A program made the translations under genes and the position numbers. DNA of 64,000 nt, from contig NC_068986.1 of assembly GCF_001194135.2 (NCBI RefSeq), forward strand, positions 3,480,781 to 3,544,780, written 5' to 3'. The notes under the pieces are model-generated. The model was not told the origin of the DNA, ran no database searches, and was given only the letters and a program-made list of their open reading frames with translations. Each line of letters starts with the position of its first letter. Position 1 is the stretch's first letter. Shown piece by piece: positions 14,314-27,000 of this stretch. The stretch comes from Octopus bimaculoides. Taxonomy: Eukaryota.

Positions 14314-17300
14314 ATTAGCTTCCACACTGTTTCAATCAACCAAATTCACTTGCAGGGCATTGGTTTTTTGCATAAAACTATATAATAAAAGTCACAGAGG
14401 TCCTCTGGCAGCCCCTCCATAGGGTCTTATCAGAAGCAACCCTCATTAGACCTTCTGACTGGATTTCTAAGTGCAACCAACTGAGAATATAGATATTATC
14501 CAACCATTTCAATCTTGGTCTATTGGCTTGATTTGAAGAATCTGTCTTGCAATTCATTCCTGTAACATTCTAATCGATTGTACTAGAACTGTGACCTCTC
14601 AGTGCAGAGAAGTAGTGGTTCAGCCTGGAGAGCATCTCTGGTCTCCAAGCTACACACCCTGTTGAGCTGATAACAACTAAACTAATCGATGAAAAGAAGG
14701 TAGCAGTAGAAATGGTTGATAGTGAAATATCAGTGTTTCAACAATGACAGAGATGATGACAGTAGACATTACATAACTTAGAAAAATCAATATTTCCCAT
14801 GTTAGCTTACCCTGACAGCAAGTCGAGCAAACATACTGTTCTGGTTTTCTGCTATGCTCATTTTTTCATGTTGGACCTAAAATTAAACAAAAGGCAATGT
14901 TAACAAAACAGACATTTTCAAGACATCTCTGAAATTTCATACAAATAAGAGTTTTGTAATAAATATTGAATAACATGAAATTAAGAATCTTACTAAATTC
15001 TTCAAATCAAACTTGTCGTCATCATGGAAATATTTCTGACGTTGTCCTTCTTTGGTGTGCGTCTCAATCTGGAAATATTGCAAAAAGAAAATATGGTTTT
15101 CTCAGTCACATAAAATAAACCAATTTTTCACTAAGAATAATGTTGATGTCAGGATAAATTCACCCAGGATCTGTTAAAACTCAGATAGAATGGTGGCTGA
15201 ACAATATCTGAATTGCTATCCCTGATGGTACAGTTGCTTTCCCTTCAGTTCTTATGTTCGATGGCCATTTTGACCATGTAGCTATCAATTTCAGCACATA
15301 TAAAGCAGAATATTGAGGTTAAACATATATATGGATGTATGCATGGGTGTATGTCACAATCATCATCATCATCATCATTTAATGTCCTTTTTCCATGCTG
15401 ACATAGGTTGGATGATTTGACAGGAACTAGTCTATTTTGGCATGGTTTCTATGGGTGGATGCACTTCCTAACACCAACCACATTACAGAATGTAATGAGT
15501 GCTTTTTACGTGGCACCAATCAGCAGTGCTTTTTATGTGGCACCAATCAGCAGTGCTTTTTATGTGGCACCAATCAGCAGTGCTTTTTATGTGGCACCAT
15601 CACCCACACCAATGCTTTTTATGTGGCACCTTGGTTTTAGGATCTTAATTCCATTGTGGTGGGCTGGTCTTCTTGAGTACAGCAATGCGCCACATATCTT
15701 GTCCACTGTCATCTCCTTTGTATGTGTGTGTAATTACAACAATACACTCTCCTATCAGTGTTGAATCAACAAAAAGTTACATGTATTTCAATGATATGAA
15801 GTAAAAACACACAAAAAACATACTAGTTTTTTCCGTTTTTTCTTTCCTACTGGCACATTGTCTTTAGAGTCCATAATTGGCCAAGCAACACCACTACGGT
15901 CAACATGTGTTAGAAGGACATCTTCTGCTTGAGTTTTGCCTGGGCACTTTTTCACTGCCTGCTGGTTTCGAGACCGAGCCTCTTTTGCAGCATTCAATAA
16001 GGCTTGTAATTCGACCATTAGATCCTGAAATTTAAAAAAAAAAAGTACTTTTAATGTCTACTTTTTCAAAGCTAGTTCAAACAGTTTTGACAGGAAATAT
16101 ACTCAGCTAAAAGATATAATGAAATGGTTTCTGCTAACAGATTTGGCTGTATAACCATCTAAGGTAGAGGTTCTCAATCATTGTTTTTTATTCATGGATA
16201 CCTTTGATTATTATTTTATTCTGGTGGACCCCCATAGCCATTCAATGTTTAAAAACTAATTTTATAGATACTTCTTTCAAAATTACTATTTTGTTTTTCG
16301 CACATTAACTTGTGTAGGTAGAATTATGTAAAATGTTGGAGAAAGAAACCCAGCTGTTTCCTGCAATACATACCAATACATACATCGAAAGCAAACTTTT
16401 GCATGGACCCTAAAATACTACTGCAGATCCCCAATTTACTATTTCACTTGTGCGGCCCCCCCTTTGCTTTCTATTTTATTCTGATGGACCCACAGAGCCA
16501 TTTGATGTTTAAGAACTAGTTTTATAGATACTTCTTTCAAAATTCTTATTTTGTTTTTCAGACATTAACTTGTGTAGGTTGAACTCTGTAAAATGTCAGG
16601 GAAAGAAACCTAGCTGTTACTTGCAATAACCTACCAATACATACATTTAAAACAAAATTTTTTCAGGAGCCTTTGAAATATTATAATGGATCCTCAATTT
16701 ACTATGTTGTTGCGTGGACACCCCACCCAACTCTTATATGGACCCCGGTTGAGAACCACTGATCTAAGGTTCTGATAACAGATTTGGTTATATAGCCATC
16801 AAAGTTATGCACTGAAGTACCAGTTATGCACTGGGGTCGATGTAATCAACTTAATCCCTTTGTCTGTCCTTGTTTGTCCCCTCTATGTTTAGCTCCTTGT
16901 GGGCAATAAATAAATAAGAATCCTTAACATGCAGGAGAAAAACGCTTAGTACCATTTCTTTTGGCTTTACGTTCTCAGTTCAATGCTTTCAGGATCAATA
17001 AAATTAAGGATTAGTTGAACACCGGAGTCAATGTAATAAACATTCTCCCATCCCTAAAATTGCTGGCCTTGTACCAAAATTCTAAACCAATATTATGCCA
17101 TATTTGAACATCTGTTTCTATTATCTAATCTTAAATTAGAAATACTCGTTCTTACATCATCACCCATAAGTTCAGCTCGAAGAATTTTAGCCGATAAATC
17201 ATTCATCTGATCTTCAGTGAGGATGACAGGAACTTCTTCTTCATTTTTCATGTCCTTCTCTTTTTCTCTGTCATCTCCATCACTGGCAGAAGACAATGAA

Positions 17301-20300
17301 CTGCTGCTACTAGAGCTGGAACCTTATCAGAACAAAAGAGAATAAAAAAATTTTTAAATACTAAATTAATCTAATTTTTTATTAAAATATTATAGAAAAC
17401 AAAGCTTTCTGGTTCAAAGAAATTGAAAGAATATTATGATTGGTGTTTTTCTGATTTTTTAACAAAAATAACCTCAATCAGCTTTCTCTTTGGAAAGAGG
17501 TTTCAATAATATTCACATCAATACTCAGCATGGCTCAGTGGTTAGAGCATTGAGCTTACAATTGTGAGGTTGTGAATTGAATTCCAGGCTGTGTGTTGTG
17601 TTCTTGAGCAAGACACTTTATTTCACATTGCTTCAGTTCACTCAGTTGTAGAAATGAGTGCCAAGCTCTGTCAGCCTTTGCCTTTTAATTGGACGACAAC
17701 CACCTTGCTCAGATTTGTGCCTCAGAGGGGAACTTTCTAGGTTCAATTCCATGGTCATTCATGACTGAAGGGGGTCTTTACCTTTTACTCAGCACAAGCA
17801 GGACCTGACAGCCACATGGTTTGGGACTGGCTCTTCAGGTTGATCAATACCTTATGAGTGACATGTGGTAAATGATGGAAGCCCATAAGCCTTATAAGCA
17901 TTTGTTTATAATATGCATGGCATTAGGAAGGGCATCCAGCTGTAGAAACTCTGCCAAATCAGACTGGAGCCTGGTGTAACCACCTGGTTCACCAGTCCTT
18001 AGTCAAATCGTCCAACCCATGCTAGCAAGGAAAGCGGACGTTAAACCATGATGATGATGATGTATCATGTGCACAACTACTTTTGTGTATAATATACAAT
18101 GACCTTTCATATTGATACTATGATGTCTAGGAAAAAAAAATCAGTGATCAAATTTATTGTAATTGTTGTTTAGAAGATATTGTAAAACTTCATGCATCTT
18201 CAAAACAAAACCAAATTCAAAAGTGATTGTTGGTCTTTACTTAAAGTAAAGTGTAAAAACATACCCCCAGGAAAGTCAATCAGTGAAAAGCCACTCAATA
18301 CAGGTGATTATAAAAAAAACATGATACAAAATGCAAGTACTTTCATTATACTTCCATTTAAGGCGATGAGCTGACAAAATAATTAGCTTGCCGGACAAAA
18401 AGCTTAGCAACATGTCTTTTGGTTTTATATTCTGAGTTCAAATTCTTTTGAGGTAGACTTTGCTTTTTATCATTTCAGAATCAATGAAAGAAATACCAAT
18501 GTAATCGACTGGCCCCAACCCAACAAATGTCAGGCCCTGTACCTATATTAGAAAGAATTATATTTTCATTTAAATACTTTCATTAATGAATATTTTCATT
18601 CTTTCTACAGAAAAATATACAGCAACTGTTTGACATAATATTTGCAGTATTTCAGGAACAAAGGTTTGAGTTTATATTCATCTTTCAATATCAACAGTAT
18701 CTATGTATTTTCTTTATCTATTTAATCTTCACATCTATTACATTAAAGTGTTAATAACAGATTCCTGTGGTGTAAAAAGAAAAAAATCTGTCATGCTGTG
18801 GAAAGGGGATTGTAAAAGTGTGTATGCAAAAGAGAGAGAGAGAGAGAGAGAGAAAAATTCAAATAAATGCTACTGTCATGTGTACACATACACACATATG
18901 AATGCTGTTGACACACACACACACAGCAGACACTTAGCTGTGTGTATGTGTTTGTGACAGAGTGGGATGTATGTGTAAATGCATGCATAACATCTAAATT
19001 TGTGTGTGGGAACAAAAAGAGGACTTTTTACAAAAAATATTGCTTATCCACAAGTTATAAAAAAGTTTAAAATATTCCAAGATATGACATTACATACTGA
19101 TCAGTTAAGTTTTAAATTCCTATTTTTGGATCTATATATTATACTAGACTGCATCCAATGATTGATACATATAAGGAAAATTCACTGGAGCTTTATATCT
19201 CTGTATCCCAAAGGTATGAAAGGATAAGGAAAAAAACAATACTAGTGAAAATTTATATCCTACCAGAAGAATATTTTCTTTCCCTTCCAGGCTTACTTCC
19301 GCCTCTAGATCTTTCCTCATCTTTTTTCACAACTTTCAAATTGATAGATGGCTGTGATGTATTCTGTTTTTTCCACCGTGGAACACCGCTGGCATTACAT
19401 GGCATTACATTGCCACGGCTCTTAGAAGTCTCGGAATCTTCATGCTCACCGGGCTTCATAAACTGAGATCTTTTACTGTCACTTGGTTTGGAACAATAAC
19501 CTGAATCTCTGCTGGAATGTTCCATAGAAGTTTTATAAGAGCTTCGAGATGACTGGTAGATATTACTGTCCTGAGATTTGTCATGGTGATAAGAGCTAGG
19601 TGACTTGGAGCGATATTTCTGACTGGAATTGTCCATATTTTTATCATAAGAACCATGTTTATAACTGTCCTCCGATTTTGATTGAGTATCTGAATAATAT
19701 TTATTAGGAGACTCAGGAGATCTGAACATGTTTCTTCTGTCTCCAAATCTCTCCCTATTTCTACTTGAAAATTCATGAGATTTCTTCGATTCCGTACATC
19801 TATACTGCTGGGAACCGTGCTTCTCTCTTTCAAGTTTTTCTGCTTTTTTCATCAGTGATTCTAGTTTTCTCAAAGACTTAAAAGAAAAGAAAAAGAAAGA
19901 AATCAATAAAAAAAAAAATCAATGAAAATAACAAACATCATCATCATCATTTTAATGTATTCTTTTCCTTGCTTGCATGAGTCAGACAGAGTATATTAAG
20001 GCAGATTTTTTACAGTTGGGTGCCCTTCCTGTCACCAACCTCCACCTGTTTCCAAGCAAGGTAATATTTCTCCATGACCAGACATGTTCTTACAGAATAG
20101 TGGAAATGAATGGCATTCTTTATATGGCAGTGACAATCATTTTATAATTATTGTGGAAAATCAAGATAAAGAAACACACACACATCTATTTCTATCTTCC
20201 TATTTCTGTCACACTCTAACCTTTCATCATCTGATACTGGATCACCTTCTCCAATGCACCTCTGTTATAGCAAGACACTTGTTTCTGCCTCTTAGTCTCT

Positions 20301-21533
20301 TTGTCACCCTTTAACCTTTCATCCACTGATACAAGTCCCCCTCCTCAAATGCCCCTGCTCCTCTCATAATTCCTTGTCTTGCAAGTTACTTGGTGACCCT
20401 GCCAGCACTGGTGCCATGTAAAATGCATACCATCCACACTGTAAAGTGGTTGGCATTTAGAAGGGCATCTAGGTGTAAAAATCATGCCCAAACTAGCCTC
20501 ACCTGTGCTAGAACCACATAAAAAAGCACTGAGTCTGCTCTGCAGAGAGGTTGGTGTTAGGAAGGGCATCGAGTTATAAAAACCATGCCAAACAGACAGA
20601 GTAGCGTAGGGTAGTTTTCCTACCTGGCCACCTCCTGTGAACCGTTCTACCCATGCACGCATGGAAGAAGGACGTTAAATGATGATGATGATGTGTGTGT
20701 GTGTGTGTGTATATATATCTATATGTATGTATGTATATGCTTATATACATGACATGACAGACTTCTCTCAGTTTACATCTACTGAATCCACTCCCAAGGC
20801 TTGGTCACCCTGGAGTTGTAGTAGAAGACACTTGCCCAAGGTGACAAACATATGGACTGAACCTGGAACCATATGGTTGGCAAGCCACAACAGCCATGCC
20901 TCCACCTATTGAAATAATAATTTAAACTAATAATACAAAATATAAAATTCCAATGAAGAATTGCAAATTCCACAACATTAATGAAAGCACTTACCCCCCA
21001 TCTTTCTGCAACGACATCTTCCAAACTCTGACCAGTCTCTTCAGCTTGCTCCTGACATCTTTTGTAAGATTTCCTCAGCCAAGAAATGTGAGGCACTGCT
21101 GTTTCTTTTTTATCTTCTTCTGGTAATCCTGTTCCACCATCTTTCCAAAATGGGTTTAGTTCTCGCTCTTGTTGTACAGACTATTAAAATTTATAATAAT
21201 GATAATAATAATAATAATAATAAGAAGAAGAAGAAGAAGAAGAAGAAGAGGAAGAGGAAGAGGAAGAAGAAGAAGAAGAAGAAGAAGAAGAAGAAGAAGA
21301 AGAAGAAGAAGAAGAGTGGTTTCAAATTTTGCCACAAGGGCAGCAATTTTGGGGGAGGGGATGAGTCGATTGCATCAACCCCAGTGTGTAACTGGTACTT
21401 AATTTATTGACCCCGAAAGGATGAAAGGCAAAGTTAACCTCGGCAGAATTTGAACTCAGAGCGTAGTGGCAGACGAAATACAGCTAAGCATTTCGCCTGG
21501 CATGCTAACAATTCTGCCGTCACACCACCTTAT

Positions 21534-21568
<35 letters not shown>

Positions 21569-23408
21569 TAATAAATAAATAAATGTTCATAGAGTTCTGA
21601 CATGAAGTAGTTGTATGCAGTCAACTTAATGTGACAGTCCCATGAAGGGAATAATACTACTGCTATTGAGCCCTAGGAAGCTGCACTGCTTTCTGTCAGC
21701 CTTGATACATTTCCTGTGTTCTTATGGTTACAAGGGGGAGACAAGCACCTCCACCCAGCTAAGCCTGCATCCAAGGACAGGTTTCTGAGTCTTTGCTCAT
21801 CATCAGTCTGGAGTAGCATGACCTGCTAGTCGAAGATGCCTGTCAAGCTCTTGTAAACATATAATAATTCTAGGACACGGGAATAATTCTTGTAAACATA
21901 AGGACACAGGAAATGTGTCAAGGCCGACAGGAAGCAGTGCAGCTTCCTAGGTCTAACCAACAGTAGTATTATTCCCTTCAGGGGACTGTCACATTAAGTT
22001 GACAGCATACAACTACTTCATTGTATCACAACTGCATAAATCTCTCTGAGAGATTTAGAAAGGTACTATTTCAAGTTCTGACATGTTTTGATACTTATAA
22101 CGATATTGGTAATATCTATAAAAGAATAAAAAAAAAATCTGTGGATTTGGGTGGGGGGGGGGTCTTGTTTTTTTGTCTTTTTTCTTTTGCTTTCTTTTTC
22201 TTTTTATTTAGCCATGAGGCAAAATTTGAAGTCAGAACATAACATCTTAAAACAACAAATAGTAAAAATAAATTAAAATATATATCTTTTATTCATCTTT
22301 TATCTTGTTTCTGCCATTTGGCTGCAACCATGCTGGAGCACACCACCTTGAAGGGTTTTAGCCAAACAAATCAACTGAAGGACTTATTTTTTTAAAGCCT
22401 AGTACTTATGCTATCGGTCTCTTTTGCCAAACCGCTAAGTTACGGAGACATAAACACACCAACACGAGTTGTTAAGCAGTGGTGGGGGGACAAGCACAGA
22501 CACAAAGACACACACACACACAGATATGTACATACATAAACACATACACACACACACACACATATATATATATATCCTCAACCATATCATTTAACGTCCG
22601 TTTTCTATGCTGGCATGGGTTGGACGGTTTGACTGAGGACTGGCAAGCCAATAGGCTGCACCAGGCTCCAATCTGATCAGGTAAGGTTTCTAAAGCTGGA
22701 TGCCCTTCCTAACACCACCACTCTAAGAGTGTAGTGGGTGCTTTTTATGAGCCACCGGCACAGGAGCCAATCAGGGGACACTGGCATTGACCATGTTCGG
22801 ATGGTGCTTTTTACATGCCATCAGCACGGGAGCTAATCAGGGTTGGACAGTTTGACTGAAAACTGGGGAGCTGGGGGAGCTGCACCAGGTTCCAATCTAA
22901 TCTGGCAAGGTTTCTACAGCTGGATGCCCTTCCTAACACCAACCACTCCAAGAGTGTAGTGGGTGTTTTTTGTGCTACCAGCATGGGTGCCAGTCAGACG
23001 GCACTGGCATTGGTTCAGCAGGTCTTCGCAAGCACAGCATATCACCCAACGATTGAAGAGTGCTTTCAACAGGCCAGTTACATGACACTGGCATCAGCCG
23101 TGACTACAATCTCATTTGACTTGCCGGGTCTTCTCAAGCACAGCATATCTCCAAAGGTTTCAGTTGCTTGTCATTGCTTCTGTGAGGCGCAACATTCGAA
23201 GGTCATGCTTCACCACCTCGTCCCATGTCATCCTGAGTTTTACTCTTCTACAGGTTCTTTCCGCCATTAGAGTGAGACAATTTTTCACACAGCTCTCCTC
23301 ATCCATATGCATCACATGACCATACCAGTACAGTCATCTCTCTTGCACACCACATCTGATGCTTCTGATGTTCAACTTTTCTCTCAGCCCGTCGTATATA
23401 TGTATGTG

Positions 23409-23467
<59 letters not shown>

Positions 23468-24001
23468 TTGTGTGTCTGTGTTTGTCCCCCCAACATCGCT
23501 TGACAACCAATGCTGGTGTGTTTAGGGCCCCCTTAACTTAGCAGTTCGGCAAAAGAGACCGACAGAATAAGTACTAGGCTTACAAAGAATAAGTCCTGGG
23601 GTCGATTTGCTCGACTAAAGGCGGTGCTCCAGCATGGCCACAGTCAAATGACTGAAACAAGCAAAAGAGTAAAAGAGTATTCCTGTAGAATCATTCTTTT
23701 ATAGAAACCAATGTAGAAGAGATATCAAAAAATCATTAGGAGGAGAGGAAAAAATGGAAAGATTATTAAAAAATTTAGTTAAAATTTTTAATTAGGAAAA
23801 TCTAGCTCATTTTCTTTTTTACCTCTAATTTTTTCTTCTCTTCTTCCTTCTTAGCATTTTTCAGCTTGTTTTGTTCTTGTCTGATTTGGTAACGGCTTAC
23901 AGTCGGTAATGCTTCAAATCCCATTTCCATCCAGTTGTCTCTCTAGATAATAAAATACACAAATATATATATGTGTGAGTGTGTGTGTGTGTGTATGTGT
24001 A

Positions 24002-24049
<48 letters not shown>

Positions 24050-27000
24050 GAGAGAGACAGACAGACAGAGACAGAAAGAGATATATAGATAGATGGATGG
24101 ATGGATGGATAGATATAGATATTTAAGCCTATATGGGTTACGAGCTTAAAATATCGGGTGGTGTGGGTTATGGTCTTGTCACCTGCATCGTAAATCAGGT
24201 AGGAATCATACCCAATGACTGGTGTAGCAGTACCATAGTCAACTGCTACAAAGGTAAAGGTGATGCTTTAGATACAAATAACTACAGGAGTATCAAATTG
24301 CTGGATCAGGTGATGAAGGTCATGGAGAGGGTCATAGCCCAACTAATTAGGGAGAGAGTTAGCCTAGATGAGATGCAGTTTGGGTTCGTGCCAGGGAAAA
24401 GCACCACTGATGCTATATTTCTGGTAAGGCAGCTGCAGGAGAAATACCCAGCCAAGGATAAGCCTCTGTACTTGGCTTCTGTTGATTTGGAGAAAGCCTT
24501 TGACAGAAGTCCCCAATCCCTTATCTGGTGGGCGATGCAGAAACTAGGGGTAGACAAATGGTTGGCAAGAGCTGTACAGGCTCTGTATAGGGATGCTGTC
24601 AGTCAGGTGAAGGTTGGCAACGAGTATAGTGAAGAAGTCTGGGTAGAAGTAGGGTATCCATCAAGGATCAGTCCTCAGCCCTCTCTTATTCATCATAATC
24701 TTTCAGGCAATAACAAAGAGATTGTGAAGGTACCTGTAGAAGGGGTTAGGGTTAGGAAGATGTGGGATGAAGCAGTGAGAAAGGATCTTCAAACACTGAG
24801 CCCCACTGAAGAAATAAGAAGGGACCAGGAGATGTGGCGATTTGCTGTACTTGATAAGACATTTTAAGCTAAGTAAAATTGCTATCTTCCACATATACAG
24901 GCTTGTCCTTTCAGGTGTGAGTGCCACTTAAAAAGCACCCATGCCGGTGTTGCGTTAATACACCTGTACCAGTGCAGTGTAAACACACCCATGCAGGTGG
25001 CATGTAAAAAGCACCCAGCACACTATGATAAGTGATTGGCATTAGGAAGGAGATCCAACTGTAGAAACCATGTCAAAGCAGACAGTTGGAGACTGGACAG
25101 CTCCCTGCTAGCCAGCTCCTTGTCAAACCATCCAACCCATGCCAGCATGGAGAGTGGATGTTAAACGATGATGATGATGATGATGATAAATGAGTACTGT
25201 TTCTTTGATATATTCTTCTTTATGTAGAAAGAATAGAGTTATGAAAATTAAAGACAATAAACTGAATCATAACCATTAACCCTTACTATGCTAATTAAAT
25301 TTTTCCTGGTGATGTAACATGTACCATATGATGTAATCATATACAAATCAGTTCTTGCAACTTTTTTCTATTTGCCAGTAAATGTAAAAGGTGTGCACTA
25401 TATCATATGAAATGTGAAGAATTCTTGAAAATACCCAGCTATCAAAAACAAATAAACTCAGTTCTCATGCCTCAAGTGTATATGAACAGAACTGAGTATA
25501 CTCAGTTCCCATGCAGTAAGAGTTAAGCATAATTAATTAAACAATACATTTTCTCCAAATATTTCAAAACCTTTGAGGTCTTGTGCTCACCTAGGAATAA
25601 AAGGGTTAAGAAAGTAAGAACCATACCTTTAAAGGTGCATCTGAAGATGGATTTGTTGCAGGAACTGCAGCAGGTTTTTTAACCCACTTGCCTTCATTAT
25701 CAGAGCTTTCCTTTATAAATACATAAACAATTTCTTTGTTTTTATCTCAAATCAATGTGAGACAGTAAAAAAATAACTAAAATAAAATCAAAATTTAGTT
25801 ACATGTAGTGTAAAGATGAAAAGCATTAAATAAGATTGTCCAACAAATTTTCAGTTTCCATAACATTCAACAACAAAGTCAACTGATCTTTACTACAAAT
25901 ATATTGATTACAAAATTTAAAATTAGTCTTTAATGTGCACCTCAGCATTTGATGGAAATTCAGAAATAGGTAAGGTTTGACAACAGGGAATGCATCTGGT
26001 TATTAAAAATCTTCCCAAGTAAACTCTGTCCAACCCATGTAGGCTTGGAAAAGTAAATGTCAAAGAGGATGACAATGATCCATTTACAAAAGAAAGCCCA
26101 GTGTCCATGATCATCTTCAGAGATTCTGAGATTAGTAACAAGAAGGGAGAAAGTTAGTCTCAGACCCAAATCCTGGCCCAAATGCTTACAACACAATGAA
26201 TTCAACAAAAGGCATTTAAAGCCAAGTGGTGGTGTTAATTTGGGCAATAGATGAAGTCTACCAACCAAAATCAGGAACAGTCATTTTACCGAGCTTCTAT
26301 ATCATTTCCATTTACTAAATTTCACTCAAGATTTTTAATTAACCCAAAACTTTAAAAGAAGACACTTGCCCAAGGTGTCAGACAAATGAATTGAACCTGA
26401 AATCACAGAGTTGTGAAGTGAGGTTCTTAACCACACAGCCATACCTGTAGTCAGTGATAACATCTGACTAGTTGTTTAGCAGTAAGTGGCCAGTTACAGC
26501 AACAGTTTTATAAATAGCAACTGGCCTATTTCACAAAGTGACAACGACACATCTTTAGAAAGATAACTTAACACTTACAGAATCGGATGATTCTGAATCA
26601 CGGTGCTGTTTCTTCTCTTTTTTATGTTTCTTCTTTTTTTTCTTCTCTTTCTTTGATTTCTTTGATTTGGTTTTGTGTTCACTCTGCAACATTATAAAAA
26701 TTTAAGGATTAAAAAAACTGACAATCTGTTGGTTATAATGACAAGGGCTTCAGATGATCCAATCAATGTTGTAAGAGCCTGCTCATGAAATTAACATGCA
26801 AGTGGTGGAGCACACCACAGACACACAGACCCTTAATATAGATTCATCATGACACAGAATGTGACAAGGCTGGCCCCTTTCGAATTACTGGTACAACTCA
26901 CTTTTGCCAGCTGAGTGGACTGGAGCAATGTGAAATAAAGTGTCTTGCTCAAGGACACAATGTGACACTAAGAGTTGAATTCATGATCTTACAACCATGA

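Noticed and set aside
15505-15630. CRISPR-like array
   Set aside because: Contiguous tandem units with no unique spacers, no cas genes, eukaryotic context.
17525-17590. tRNA gene candidates in SINE heads
   Set aside because: A/B boxes are present but no full cloverleaf, and they continue into SINE bodies.
21150-21410. Poly-Lys / poly-Arg ORFs
   Set aside because: Translation of the (GAA)n microsatellite, antisense to CWF19L2.
24133-24867. 244-aa ORF as a host gene or active retrotransposase
   Set aside because: Internally deleted RTE fragment lacking the YADD region and endonuclease.
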